DNA of 64,000 bases from a bacterium (GTDB lineage Bacteria > J088 > JAWLBW01). The notes beneath the pieces were generated by a model that saw only the letters and a program-made list of their open reading frames with translations, searched no databases and was not told the origin of the DNA. Below are positions 41,681-52,536 of the stretch, piece by piece; position 1 is the first letter of the stretch; each line of letters opens with the position of its first letter. Made by a program: the position numbers and the translations under genes. The DNA lies in NCBI GenBank assembly GCA_041690355.1, contig JAWLHK010000026.1, positions 1 through 64,000 on the forward strand, written 5' to 3'.

Positions 41681-44600
41681 TTACACGCGGCCCAGGGCGA
41701 CGCCCGCCATGGCGTCTTCGCCCGACTTGCGCTGCGCCGCCATCTTCTCGAGGACCTTGCGGTACTCCACCGGCATGATCTTCACGAAGCGCTTGACTTC
41801 GTTGTCCCAGCCGTCGAGGATCCGCTGCCCCTTCTTGCTGCCGGTCCAGCGAACGTGGTTCTCGACCATCGTGCGCAGGAATTGCCGATCGTCGTCGCCG
41901 AGCGTCTCGAAGGCGACCATCTGCATGTTGCAGCGGGTGTTGAACTGGCCCGACTCGTCGAGCACGTAGGCGACGCCGCCACTCATGCCGGCCGCGAAGT
42001 TGCGCCCGGTTTCGCCGAGGACGATGACGCGGCCGCCGGTCATGTATTCGCAGCCGTGATCGCCGACCCCTTCGACCACCGCGTGGGCGCCGCTGTTGCG
42101 CACCGCGAAGCGTTCGCCGGCCATGCCGTTGAAGTAGGCCTCGCCCGAGGTGGCGCCGTAGAGCACCGTGTTGCCGACGATCATGTTGCGGTCGGCTTCG
42201 AGCGTCGAGGTCTTCGGCAGGCGCACGACGACGCGTCCGCCCGAGAGACCCTTGCCGACGTAGTCGTTGGCGTCGCCTTCGAGATCGAAGGTGACCCCCT
42301 TGACGAGAAAGGCGCCGAAGCTCTGCCCGGCCGTGCCCGTGAAGCGGATGTTCACCGTGCCGTCGGCGAGCGCATCGGCCCCGTGCTTCTTCGTGATCGC
42401 GCCGCTCAGCATGGCCCCGGCGGTGCGGTTGCTGTTGCGGATGGGGAAGCTGACGTCGACCTTTTCCTTCTTCTCGATCGCCGGCGCGCACGCTTCGATG
42501 AGGCGGCGGTCGAGGATGTCGACGATGGCGTGCTCCTGCGCCTGCACGCGGCGCACGGCCACGCGCTGCGGCACATGCGGCTTGTGCAGGATGGCGCTGA
42601 AGTCGAGCCCGCGCGCCTTCCAGTGATCGATGGCGGCGTTGACTTCGAGCAGATCGACGCGGCCGACCAGCTCGTCCATCGTGCGCACGCCGAGCTGCGC
42701 CATGTATTCGCGCACCTCTTCGGCGATGAAGAAGAAGAAGTTGACGACGTGCTCGGGCTGACCCTGGAACTTGGCGCGCAGGACCGGATCCTGCGTCGCG
42801 ATGCCCACCGGGCAGGTGTTCAGGTGACACTTGCGCATCATGATGCAGCCCAGCGTCACGAGCGGCGCCGTCGCAAAGCCGAATTCCTCGGCGCCGAGCA
42901 GGGCGGCGATGATGACGTCGCGGCCGGTCTTCATCTGGCCGTCGGCCTGGACGATGATGCGTCCGCGCAGGTCGTTCTTGACGAGCACCTGGTGGGTCTC
43001 GGCAAGACCGATTTCCCACGGGGTCCCGGCGTACTTGATCGACGAAACCGGCGAAGCGCCCGTACCGCCGTCATGCCCCGAGATGAGCACGACGTCGGCC
43101 TTGGCCTTCGAAACGCCCGCGGCGACGGTGCCGACGCCGGACTCGGAAACGAGCTTCACCGAGACGCGCGCGTCGGGATTGACGTTCTTCAGGTCGTAGA
43201 TCAGCTGGGCCAGATCTTCAATCGAGTAGATGTCGTGGTGCGGCGGCGGCGAAATGAGCGAGACCCCCGGCGTCGAGTGACGCGTCTTCGCGATTACCTC
43301 ATTCACCTTGTGGCCGGGCAGCTGGCCGCCTTCGCCGGGCTTGGCGCCTTGGGCCATCTTGATCTGCAGTTCGTCGGCGTTGACCATGTAGTGGGTGGTC
43401 ACGCCGAAGCGGCCCGAGGCGACCTGCTTGATGGAGCTGCGCTTCGAGTCGCCGTTGGGGAGCGGCGTGAAGCGTTCGGGATCTTCGCCGCCTTCGCCGG
43501 TGTTCGAGCGGCCGCCGATGCGGTTCATGGCGACGGCGAGCGACTCGTGCGCTTCCTTCGAGATCGAACCGAACGACATGGCGCCCGTGGCGAAACGCTT
43601 GACGATCGCCTGCACGGGTTCCACTTCGTCGAGGGGAACCGGGGTCGCCTTCTTGAACGTGAGCAGACCGCGCAGCGTGCACAGATTGCGCGCCTGGTCG
43701 TTGATCAGCCGGGCGTATTCGCGGTAGCGGTCGCGGCTGTTCGTCGAGACGGCGTGCTGCAGCGTCGACAGGCTGGCCGGGTTCCACAGGTGGAACTCGC
43801 CGATGCGGCGGTACTGATATTCCCCGCCCGCATCGAGATCGGCGTTGCTGGCATGGTTCACGGCGAAGGCCCGCCCGTGGCGCAGGCACGATTCCCTGGC
43901 GATGACGTCGAGCCCCGCCCCTTCGACGCGCGTGGGCGTGCCGGCGAAGTAGGCGTCGACGACGGAGCGGTTGAGGCCGACGGCTTCGAAAATCTGGGCG
44001 CCGTGGTAGCTCTGGCAGGTCGAGATGCCCATCTTGGAGAAGATCTTGTAGAGCCCCTTCTTGATGGCCTTGATGTAGTTCTCGACCGACTTGTCGTAAT
44101 CCTTCGAAACGACCCCTTCGCGCACCAGGTCGGCGAGCGACTCGAAGGCCAGGTACGGGTTCACCGCGCTCGCGCCGTAGCCGATGAGCAGGGCGAAGTG
44201 GGCGACTTCACGGGCCTCCCCGGATTCGACCACCAGCCCGGCGCTCGTGCGCAGGCCGGCGCGGATCAGGTGATGGTGCACGGCGCCGACGGCGAGCAGG
44301 CTCGGGATCGGCGCAAGCACCGGCGAGACGCCGCGGTCGCTCAGCACGACGACGCTCGCCCCGTCGCGCACGGCCTTTTCGGCCTGGCGGCAGACATCCT
44401 CCAGCGCGGCCTTGAGGCCCGCTTCGCCCTTGCCCGCTTCGAAAAGCATGGGCACGGTCACGGCGCGCAGGTCGGCGTGGCTGATCTGGCGCAGCTTCTC
44501 GAGTTCCGTATTCGTCAGAATCGGGTACGGCAGGCGCACGACGTGGCCGTTGTGCAGGCCGAGGTCGAGCAGGTCCTGTTCACGGCCGATGTAGCCGTTC

Positions 44601-46252
44601 AGGGCCATGACCATCTCTTCACGGATCGGATCGATCGGCGGGTTGGTCACCTGGGCGAAAAGCTGCTTGAAGTAGTTGTAGAGCAGCTGCGGGCGGCTCG
44701 ACAGCACGGCGAGCGGCGTGTCGGTGCCCATCGAGCCGATGACCTCTTCGCCGTTCTCGGCCATCGGCGGCAGCAGCAGGCGCACGTCTTCGGCCGTGTA
44801 GCCGAAGATCTGCTGGCGGTGCAGAATCGTCTCGTGGTCGGGCTCCCGAACATCCCTGGGTTCGGCCAGGTCGTGCAGGTCGACGACGTTCTTCGCGACC
44901 CACTCCTGGTAGGGGAGCTTGGCGACGATCTCGCGCTTGACTTCGTCGTCGTCGATGATGCGCTTACGCTCGAGGTCGACGATGAACATGCGCCCGGGCT
45001 GCAGGCGGCCGTTCTTTTCGATCTCTTCGGGCTTGAAGTCGAGCACGCCGACTTCGGAAGCCATGACGACCAGGCCGTCCTTGGTGACGACGTAACGCGC
45101 CGGGCGCAGGCCGTTACGGTCGAGCGTGGCGCCGATGAGCGACCCGTCGGTGAACGCGAGCGCGGCGGGACCGTCCCACGGCTCCTGCATCGTCGCGTGA
45201 TATTCGTAGAAGGCGCGGCGGTCGGCGTCCATCCGGTCGTCGGTCGTCCAGGCCTCGGGCACCAGCATCATCATGACGTGCGGCAGCGAGCGGCCGGCGA
45301 GCAGCAGCATTTCGACGGCGTTGTCGAGCGAGGCCGAGTCGGAGCCGTTCGGCGTGACGACCGGATAGATCTTCTTCAGGTCGTCGCCGAAGAGCTCGCT
45401 GCGCATGACCGCTTCGCGGGCGCGCATCCAGTTGCGGTTGCCCCGCAGCGTGTTGATCTCGCCGTTGTGGGCCAGGTAGCGGAAGGGCTGGGCGAGGTCC
45501 CAGGTGGGGAAGGTGTTGGTGGAGTAGCGCTGATGCACCAGGGCGAGCGCGCTCTCCATGTCCCTGTCCTGCAGGTCGGGAAAGAACAGCTTGGCCTGGG
45601 CGGCGAGCAGCAGCCCCTTGTAGATGAGGACCTTCGTCGAGAGGCTCGGGATGTGGAAGGACTCCTTGTCCTCGATCGACGAGTCGCGCACGGCGTTCTC
45701 GATGCGCTTGCGGATGACGAAGAGCTTGCGGTTGAAGGCGTCGCCGTCGAGCCCCGCGGCAGGGCCGATGAAGATCTGGCGGATGAACGGCTCGACTTCG
45801 CGGGCCGTCACGCCGATGACGTTGCCGTCGGTGGGCACGTCGCGCCAGCCGAGCACGGTCTGCCCCTCTTCGCGCACGATCTCTTCGAAGCGCCCTTCGA
45901 TTTCGGTGCGGGCCTCGGGCTTCATCGGCAGAAAGACCATGCCGGCGCCGTAGCGGCCCTCTTCGGGGAGCGCAATGCCCAGCGTCGCGCATTCGCGGCG
46001 CAGGAACTTGTCGGGCATCTGCATGAGAATGCCCGCGCCGTCGCCCGTGTGCGCATCGGAGCCCGTGGCGCCGCGGTGCGTCAGGTTGACGAGCACCTGG
46101 AGGCCGCGCTCGACGACGTCGTGCGAGCGCTCGCCGCGGATGTTCGCGACGAAACCTACGCCGCAGGCGTCTTTCTCGAACTGCGGATCATAGAGACCTT
46201 CGGCCGGGGGCAAGCCCGCACGGCGGGGCGGATGATTCGAATCCTGCATCAT
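41681..46252 (-). CDS. gltB: Glutamate synthase large subunit
   Basis: [45 protein letters not shown]. Confidence 0.98.
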   Translation of the reverse strand: MMQDSNHPPRRAGLPPAEGLYDPQFEKDACGVGFVANIRGERSHDVVERGLQVLVNLTHRGATGSDAHTGDGAGILMQMPDKFLRRECATLGIALPEEGRYGAGMVFLPMKPEARTEIEGRFEEIVREEGQTVLGWRDVPTDGNVIGVTAREVEPFIRQIFIGPAAGLDGDAFNRKLFVIRKRIENAVRDSSIEDKESFHIPSLSTKVLIYKGLLLAAQAKLFFPDLQDRDMESALALVHQRYSTNTFPTWDLAQPFRYLAHNGEINTLRGNRNWMRAREAVMRSELFGDDLKKIYPVVTPNGSDSASLDNAVEMLLLAGRSLPHVMMMLVPEAWTTDDRMDADRRAFYEYHATMQEPWDGPAALAFTDGSLIGATLDRNGLRPARYVVTKDGLVVMASEVGVLDFKPEEIEKNGRLQPGRMFIVDLERKRIIDDDEVKREIVAKLPYQEWVAKNVVDLHDLAEPRDVREPDHETILHRQQIFGYTAEDVRLLLPPMAENGEEVIGSMGTDTPLAVLSSRPQLLYNYFKQLFAQVTNPPIDPIREEMVMALNGYIGREQDLLDLGLHNGHVVRLPYPILTNTELEKLRQISHADLRAVTVPMLFEAGKGEAGLKAALEDVCRQAEKAVRDGASVVVLSDRGVSPVLAPIPSLLAVGAVHHHLIRAGLRTSAGLVVESGEAREVAHFALLIGYGASAVNPYLAFESLADLVREGVVSKDYDKSVENYIKAIKKGLYKIFSKMGISTCQSYHGAQIFEAVGLNRSVVDAYFAGTPTRVEGAGLDVIARESCLRHGRAFAVNHASNADLDAGGEYQYRRIGEFHLWNPASLSTLQHAVSTNSRDRYREYARLINDQARNLCTLRGLLTFKKATPVPLDEVEPVQAIVKRFATGAMSFGSISKEAHESLAVAMNRIGGRSNTGEGGEDPERFTPLPNGDSKRSSIKQVASGRFGVTTHYMVNADELQIKMAQGAKPGEGGQLPGHKVNEVIAKTRHSTPGVSLISPPPHHDIYSIEDLAQLIYDLKNVNPDARVSVKLVSESGVGTVAAGVSKAKADVVLISGHDGGTGASPVSSIKYAGTPWEIGLAETHQVLVKNDLRGRIIVQADGQMKTGRDVIIAALLGAEEFGFATAPLVTLGCIMMRKCHLNTCPVGIATQDPVLRAKFQGQPEHVVNFFFFIAEEVREYMAQLGVRTMDELVGRVDLLEVNAAIDHWKARGLDFSAILHKPHVPQRVAVRRVQAQEHAIVDILDRRLIEACAPAIEKKEKVDVSFPIRNSNRTAGAMLSGAITKKHGADALADGTVNIRFTGTAGQSFGAFLVKGVTFDLEGDANDYVGKGLSGGRVVVRLPKTSTLEADRNMIVGNTVLYGATSGEAYFNGMAGERFAVRNSGAHAVVEGVGDHGCEYMTGGRVIVLGETGRNFAAGMSGGVAYVLDESGQFNTRCNMQMVAFETLGDDDRQFLRTMVENHVRWTGSKKGQRILDGWDNEVKRFVKIMPVEYRKVLEKMAAQRKSGEDAMAGVALGRV

Positions 46253-46985
46253 AAATACCCTTCATCGCGGCATCGCGGTGGACGGCGCAAACGAGAACCG
46301 GAACGGACAGGGGAGCCTCTCCGCTCCCGACTGCGGTGCCGTACCCCGGTTTTCAGGGAAAGACTTATAAGCTAACATGGGCCCAAAGGCCTGTCAATCA
46401 GCGGCCCCCCGGCAACCGTCCCCCGTGAACAGGCCCGGAAAAACATCCGGAAATCCACCCGTTCATCCCCCTCGCCTGGAGGCGCCGGGAGCAGTCCGGG
46501 GCTGGGGGCCCGGGGTGGCGCCGGTGGCCCCCGCGTCCTCCGCTCGGGACCTTGCGGCCGGGGGCTGACGACCCGCAGCAGGCGGAAGAAGGGGGTGACA
46601 TGAGTATACCCGATTCCGCCCCGCTTCGCCACTGGAGAGCCGTGGCGAAAAACACCCGGAATTCAAACGCTTACCCGGGAACCGCCCGATCTGAATGAGC
46701 GCTCATTCGGCATCTCTTTTCCCTTGCCCCCCTGGCGAAGCGGACGAGGGTAAGGGTCCGGGGGGTCCCGGTCCCGGTACCGATGGTAGTCCCTTGCTTC
46801 ACCGACGTCCGACGTCCGGCGTCCGACGTCCAATCCGCCCCCCGCTCCCCGCCCGCCGTACGTCTTGCGCCGCGCTCTCCCACATTTCGGCCCCGCTTGA
46901 AATAGTGGTGTAGAGCGCCGCGAACCGACGTCTGGATGTGCCGGCCACCGGCGAGACCATGCGAACAGGAAAACAGGAGGGAACG

Positions 46986-47330
46986 ATGCCCGAAAAAGGA
47001 AAACTTACCGTGAGCGAGGCGGGCCACCTCGGCGGCGAAAAGCGCAAGTCAGAACTCGGCCACGAAGGCTACGAAGAGCTCGGCCGCAAGGGCGGCGAAG
47101 CCCGCGCGAAAGAGCTCGGCCACGAAGGCTACGAGGAACTCGGCCGCAGGGGCGGCGAAGCCCGCGCCAAGGAGCTCGGCCATGAAGGCTATGAGGAACT
47201 CGGCCGCAAGGGCGGCGAAGCCCGCGCGAAAGAACTCGGCCACGAAGGCTACGAGGAACTCGGCCACAAAGGCGGTCAGCGCGTGAAGCAGCTGATCGAA
47301 GAAGGCAAGCGTAGCGAAGGCAACCCCTGA
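46986..47330 (+). CDS. Em/GsiB-like (LEA group 1, KGG) stress protein, four 20-aa repeats
   Basis: Repeat GGEARAKELGHEGYEELGRK; GGAGG RBS. Confidence 0.88.
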   Translation: MPEKGKLTVSEAGHLGGEKRKSELGHEGYEELGRKGGEARAKELGHEGYEELGRRGGEARAKELGHEGYEELGRKGGEARAKELGHEGYEELGHKGGQRVKQLIEEGKRSEGNP

Positions 47331-47417
47331 TCAGGGACCGGGATCCACGCGGAAGGGCGGCCTGGCCGCCCCTACGCCATGCGCCCGCGGACGTGCCGCG
47401 CGCGCAAGGAGGCAAGG

Positions 47418-47879
47418 ATGGCTGAAGGAAAAATGACGGTCAGCGAGGCCGGCAAGCGCGGCGGAGAGAAGCGCAAGCAGGAGCTCGGCCACGAAGGCTA
47501 TGAAGAACTGGGGCACAAGGGGGGCGAAGCCCGCGCGAAGGAACTCGGCCACGAAGGTTACGAGGAACTGGGCCGCAAAGGGGGCGAAGCCCGCGCCAAG
47601 GAACTCGGCCACGAAGGCTACGAAGAGCTCGGCCGCAAAGGCGGCGAAGCCCGCGCGAGAGCACTCGGCCACGAAGGCTACGAGGAACTCGGCCGCAAAG
47701 GCGGCGAAGCCCGCGCCAAGGAACTCGGCCACGAGGGTTACGAGGAACTCGGGCGCAAAGGCGGCGAAGCCCGCGCGAAAGAACTCGGCCACGAAGGTTA
47801 CGAGGAACTGGGCCGCAAAGGGGGCGAGACGGTTCGCCGCCTGATCGAAGAAGGCAAGCGCAGCGAAGGAAATCCATAA
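47418..47879 (+). CDS. Em/GsiB-like stress protein, six 20-aa repeats
   Basis: Same repeat; AAGGAGG RBS; C-terminus LIEEGKRSEGNP shared with the upstream paralog. Confidence 0.88.
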   Translation: MAEGKMTVSEAGKRGGEKRKQELGHEGYEELGHKGGEARAKELGHEGYEELGRKGGEARAKELGHEGYEELGRKGGEARARALGHEGYEELGRKGGEARAKELGHEGYEELGRKGGEARAKELGHEGYEELGRKGGETVRRLIEEGKRSEGNP

Positions 47880-48085
47880 GTCCGGGCGGGCGCCCGCCGG
47901 CAGCCGGCGGCGCCCGGTCGCAAGCGAGGCGGAGCGGGACTGAAGCGCAAACGGAAATTCCTCGAATTTACCTCTGCATCGCCCGCGGTCGTCATGGGAG
48001 AGACGCCGCCCGGACGCTTGCACCCGGCGGCGGCTTTCCGCTTCGGGCAGGCGCCTCGGCCCCGACCCTGCAGGGAGACCCGCCC

Positions 48086-49987
48086 GTGAATGAAATCCCC
48101 GGCGATGAACATTCGGATCCCCCCGGTCTGCCCGCCCGGCGCGCCGCCGCCCCGGGCTCGTCGGCGTCGACCGGCGATCGGGACCCGCGGACGCGCCCGT
48201 CGCGCACGGGCGCGTCTTCGCGCGGGCCGGGGACGCGCGCAAGGGCCCGCGCCGCCATCTCCGCAGACGAGCGCGACGCGATGTGGCGCGAGATCACGCG
48301 CCTGTCTTGCGACCGGTTCGGCGCCTGCGCCTTTCGTCCGGGGCAGCAGGAGATCATGGATGCCATCCTCTCGGGACGCGACGTGCTCGGCATCATGCCG
48401 ACCGGCGCCGGCAAGTCGCTCACCTTCCAGCTCCCCGCCCAGTTGCTCCCCGGTGTCACGGTCGTCGTCTCGCCGCTCATCGCCCTGATGCAGGATCAGC
48501 GCGAGAAGCTCGCCGAGGTCGGCGTCGACGCGGCCGAATTCAATTCCCGCGTGCGAGCGGCGGAGCAGGCCGCCATGCAGGCCGGCATGGCGGCCGGGAC
48601 GCGCAAGATTGTCTACGTCACCCCCGAGCGGATGGAAAAAGAAGAGTTCCGCCGCTACCTCGCGACGCAGCAGGTTTCGCTTTTCGTCGTCGACGAGGCG
48701 CACTGCATCTCGCAGTGGGGACACGACTTCCGCCCCGCGTACCTGGCGCTCGGCGACGCCATCCGCGAGCTGGGCCGGCCGCCCGTGCTCGCGCTCACGG
48801 CCACGGCGACCGAAGACATCGCGGGCGACATCGTGCGCCGCCTCGGCATGCGCCGCCCCCGGCTGATACACACGGGGGTCGAACGCCCGAACCTCACGTT
48901 CGAAGTCGACCGCGTGACCAGTGCCACGGCCAAACGGCGGCGCATCCTCGCGATTCTGCGCGAGACGCCGGGGCCGGGGATCATCTACGCCGCGACCGTG
49001 CGCGCCGCCGTCGAGCTGCACCGCTGGCTGCACGACGCCGGCGTCGCGGCCGGGCTCTACCACGGCCGGCTGCGCCTGCGCGAGCGCGAAGACACCCAGC
49101 GGCGCTTCATGGCGAACGAAATTCCGGTTCTCATCGCGACCAGCGCATTCGGGCTCGGGGTCGACAAGCCCGACATCCGCTTCGTCATCCACTACCACTT
49201 TCCCGACTCGCTGGAATCGTATTACCAGGAAGCCGGCCGGGCCGGGCGCGATGGACTTCCCGCGCGGGCCATCCTGCTTTACCGGCGCGAGGATCGGCGC
49301 ATCCAGGCCTATTTTCTCGGCGGCAAGCAGGTGCGCCCCGAAGAGACGTGGCAGGTCTTCTGCATGATTCCCCGCGAGGGGGGCACCACGCAGGCCGTGC
49401 TGCGCGAGCGCACGGGGCTCGGCGAGAAGCGCGTGAAGATCATCGTGGCGCGCCTGCTCGACGGCGGGGTCATCCGCCGGCCGCGCAAGCGGCTCATCCG
49501 CGAGCGCGACTTTCCGAACGCCCGCGAGCTCGAGGCGCATCTGCAGGCGCGCGAAGACGCCTACCGATCCGACCGCGAGCGGCTGCGCGAGATGATGCAC
49601 TATGCCGAGTCGGCGAAATGCCGCTATCAGTCGATTCTTTCGTACTTCGGGGAACCGGTAGGGATCCCCTGCGCGCGCTGTGACAATTGCCTGCGCGTGC
49701 GCGGTCGGCGCGAAACTGACGATTCCACGCACCGTGCGCAGACCCTCCTGCGTCCGCCCACCCACGACTTTCACCCGGGCGACGCCGTCCGCCACTTCCG
49801 CTTCGGCCAGGGGCTGGTCAAGCAGGTGGCCGGGGGAACGGTGGAGGTGGATTTCGCGGACGGCGTCCACCGCATCCGGAGTTCCTACCTGGACAAGCTT
49901 CCCACACCTCAAGCGCCAAGCCTATCCGTTCGTGTCGAGCCGACGGTCGAAGGCAGCGCCAGAGACGACGGCGAGTCATGTCAGTAG
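48086..49987 (+). CDS. RecQ-family ATP-dependent DNA helicase
   Basis: MPTGAGKS, VDEAHCISQWGHDFRP, YYQEAGRAGRDG, Zn-binding CR...CARCDNC. Start uncertain. Confidence 0.92.
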   Translation: MNEIPGDEHSDPPGLPARRAAAPGSSASTGDRDPRTRPSRTGASSRGPGTRARARAAISADERDAMWREITRLSCDRFGACAFRPGQQEIMDAILSGRDVLGIMPTGAGKSLTFQLPAQLLPGVTVVVSPLIALMQDQREKLAEVGVDAAEFNSRVRAAEQAAMQAGMAAGTRKIVYVTPERMEKEEFRRYLATQQVSLFVVDEAHCISQWGHDFRPAYLALGDAIRELGRPPVLALTATATEDIAGDIVRRLGMRRPRLIHTGVERPNLTFEVDRVTSATAKRRRILAILRETPGPGIIYAATVRAAVELHRWLHDAGVAAGLYHGRLRLREREDTQRRFMANEIPVLIATSAFGLGVDKPDIRFVIHYHFPDSLESYYQEAGRAGRDGLPARAILLYRREDRRIQAYFLGGKQVRPEETWQVFCMIPREGGTTQAVLRERTGLGEKRVKIIVARLLDGGVIRRPRKRLIRERDFPNARELEAHLQAREDAYRSDRERLREMMHYAESAKCRYQSILSYFGEPVGIPCARCDNCLRVRGRRETDDSTHRAQTLLRPPTHDFHPGDAVRHFRFGQGLVKQVAGGTVEVDFADGVHRIRSSYLDKLPTPQAPSLSVRVEPTVEGSARDDGESCQ

Positions 49988-50280
49988 GCGCCCAGGTGCG
50001 TTCCCTCGCTGTCGCGCTCCATTCCACTTCGCGCGGTCAGCTCGGGACGAACGGTCAGGGTGGCTGGCGATGGGCGTTTTTGCCGGCAAATCGTCAATCG
50101 AAAATTGTAAATAGTCAATCCGGTTCACTCGTCACTCGTAATTCGTCATTTGCAGCTCGCTCAAATCGTCAATCGTCAATTGTCAATCGTAAATGGAGTG
50201 GCCGCTGACGGTCGCGGACCGAAGGCGATGCGCCGATGCTGGGAGACACTGACATCGGCCTTGCAGCCATGGAGGGAGAC

Positions 50281-50466
50281 ATGCCGGAGAAGAAAAGCGG
50301 AATGACGGTCAGCGAAGCCGGCCACAAAGGCGGCGAAAAGACGGCCCGCACCCACGGCCACGATTTCTATGAGGAAATCGGGCACAAGGGGGGCGCCGCC
50401 GGCGGCCACAAGGGCGGCCAGCGCGTCAAGGAGCTGATCGAAAAAGGCAAGCAGTCTGAACGGTAA
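50281..50466 (+). CDS. Short KGG-motif general stress protein
   Basis: MTVSEAGHKGG...HDFYEEIGHKGG; GGAGG RBS. Confidence 0.85.
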   Translation: MPEKKSGMTVSEAGHKGGEKTARTHGHDFYEEIGHKGGAAGGHKGGQRVKELIEKGKQSER

Positions 50467-50500
50467 GGCAGCGCTCCGCCCGCGGCGCGGGCGGAGCGGC

Positions 50501-50536
50501 ATTCCTGATTCCTGATTCCTGATTCCTGATTCCTGA
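50501..50536 (+). repeat. Heptamer array (ATTCCTG)5
   Basis: Perfect tandem repeat. Confidence 0.95.
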
Positions 50537-50583
50537 GCCGGCAAGAACAACGCCGGCTACGGCGCCGACGGGGGAGAGGTCCC

Positions 50584-51456
50584 CTAGTCGAACACCACCG
50601 TCCGGTTCCCGTACACCAGCACCCGGTTCTCCAGGTGCCAGCGCACCGCGCGCGAGAGCACGATCTTCTCCAGGTCGCGCCCCTTGCGCACGAGCTCGTC
50701 CACCGTGTTCCGGTGCGTGATGCGCGCGACGTCCTGCTCGATGATCGGACCGTCATCGAGGATTTCCGTCACGTAATGGCTCGTCGCGCCGATGAGCTTC
50801 ACGCCGCGTTCGTAGGCGCGATGATACGGGCGCGCGCCGTGAAAGGCGGGGAGAAAGGAGTGGTGGATGTTGATGATCCGCCGCGGATGCGCCGCCACAA
50901 AGTCGGGGGACAGGACCTGCATGTAGCGGGCGAGCACGACGAGATCGATGCGCGCATCCCGCAGCAGGGCGAGCTGGCGCGCTTCCGCTTCCGCTTTGTT
51001 CTCCGTCGTGACCGGAATCTCGTGGAAGGGGACGCCGTAGAATTCCGCAAGCGAACGCGTGTCCCCATGGTTGCTCACGATGAGGGGAATGTCGCAGGGG
51101 AGCTCGCCCGCGCGGTGGCGGTAGAGCAGATCGGCCAGGCAGTGATCGTAGCGGGAAACGAAGAGGGCCACGCGTGGCCGGTCCGAGGATCGGGCCAGGC
51201 GCCAGTCCATGGCGAAAGCTTCTGCCACGGGCGCGAAGGCTTGCGCGAAGGTGTCGAGGGGAATGGAGAAGTCGGCCAGGTCCCACTCCACCCGCATGAG
51301 AAACAGGCCGAGTTCGGCGTCCTGATGCTGATCCGCGTGCAGGATGTTGGCGTTGTGGCGGTAGAGGAACTCGGCGATGGCCGCCACGATCCCCTTGCGG
51401 TCGGGACAGGAAATGAGCAGGGTTGCCGTTTCGGACACGGGGGTCAACGCCGTCAT
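50584..51456 (-). CDS. purU: Formyltetrahydrofolate deformylase
   Basis: ACT domain SCPDRKGIV; LARYMQVLS, INIHHSFLPAF, GATSHYV, DDGPIIEQD. Confidence 0.96.
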   Translation of the reverse strand: MTALTPVSETATLLISCPDRKGIVAAIAEFLYRHNANILHADQHQDAELGLFLMRVEWDLADFSIPLDTFAQAFAPVAEAFAMDWRLARSSDRPRVALFVSRYDHCLADLLYRHRAGELPCDIPLIVSNHGDTRSLAEFYGVPFHEIPVTTENKAEAEARQLALLRDARIDLVVLARYMQVLSPDFVAAHPRRIINIHHSFLPAFHGARPYHRAYERGVKLIGATSHYVTEILDDGPIIEQDVARITHRNTVDELVRKGRDLEKIVLSRAVRWHLENRVLVYGNRTVVFD

Positions 51457-51458
51457 GC

Positions 51459-52400
51459 TCAGCGTCCTTCGCCGGCCGCGAAACGGGAGCGGAAATCCGC
51501 CGCCGTCGCCTCGAGCCCCTGCTCCAGCGCCACCGTAGGGCTCCACCCCAGTTCAGCACGCGCAAGCGTGATGTCTGGCTTGCGGCGCGTCGGGTCGTCG
51601 GCGGGGAGCGGCTCCTCGACGATCTGCGCGCCGCCGTATTTCCGCGTCACCAGTTCAGCAAGCTGGCGAATCGTGAATTCCCCATCGTTCCCCAGGTTCA
51701 CGGGCCCCGTGAATCCCCCCCGGGCCATGAGGCGCACGAGGCCGTCGACCAGATCGGTGACGTAGCAGAAGGAGCGTGTCTGGGAGCCGTCGCCGTAGAC
51801 CGTGAGCGGCTTGCCGGCCATGGCCTGGACGAGAAAATTACTGACCACGCGGCCGTCTTCGAAGGCCATGCGCGGACCGTAGGTATTGAAGATGCGGGCG
51901 ATGCCGACGCTCAGGCCGTACTGGCGATGGTAATCCATCGTCGCCGATTCGGCCGCGCGCTTCCCCTCGTCATAGCAGGCCCGGATGCCGTGCGGATTCA
52001 CGTTGCCCCGGTAACGCTCAGGCTGCGGATGCACCTCGGGGTCGCCGTAGACCTCGCTCGTGCTGGCCAGCACCAGGCGCGCGTTGTTCTGCCGCGCGAG
52101 CTCGAGCATGTTCAGCGTACCGATCACGTTCGTGCGCAGGGTACGAACCGGGTCGGCCTGATAGTGCACCGGGCTGGCCGGACAGGCCAGATGATAGACC
52201 TGCTCTACCGGCAGAGAGATCGGCTGCTCGACGTCGTGCTCGACGAGCTCGAACCGTCCCGAAGCGGCGAACCCGGCGACATTCTCCCGGCGTCCCGTAT
52301 AGAAATTGTCGAGGCAGACGACGTCGTGGCCGTCGTTGAGGAGCCGCTCACAGAGGTGGCTGCCGACGAAACCCGCGCCACCGGTTACCAGAACACGCAT
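51459..52400 (-). CDS. UDP-glucuronate decarboxylase (UDP-xylose synthase) family SDR
   Basis: [49 protein letters not shown]. Confidence 0.92.
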   Translation of the reverse strand: MRVLVTGGAGFVGSHLCERLLNDGHDVVCLDNFYTGRRENVAGFAASGRFELVEHDVEQPISLPVEQVYHLACPASPVHYQADPVRTLRTNVIGTLNMLELARQNNARLVLASTSEVYGDPEVHPQPERYRGNVNPHGIRACYDEGKRAAESATMDYHRQYGLSVGIARIFNTYGPRMAFEDGRVVSNFLVQAMAGKPLTVYGDGSQTRSFCYVTDLVDGLVRLMARGGFTGPVNLGNDGEFTIRQLAELVTRKYGGAQIVEEPLPADDPTRRKPDITLARAELGWSPTVALEQGLEATAADFRSRFAAGEGR

Positions 52401-52536
52401 GCAGACCTGCTTTCGGAAGGGATAGTTTAGCAAGAAGCCCGTACCATGGCCATGATAGCGCCTTCCGCCATCCGGGTCAGGGGGGCCCGGGGACCGGACT
52501 GCCCGGCGGGCGGCGGCGTGGTATGCTATAGCCCGC

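Noticed and set aside
41585-46375. 1596-aa plus-strand ORF and similar long shadows (1078-3447, 4416-6665, 40219-41778, 47798-49912, 58532-60574)
   Set aside because: Antisense shadows of well-identified high-GC genes; no motifs.
47040-47830. 60-bp periodic repeats as a CRISPR array
   Set aside because: No unique spacers; variation is mostly at synonymous positions of an in-frame 20-aa repeat; no cas genes.
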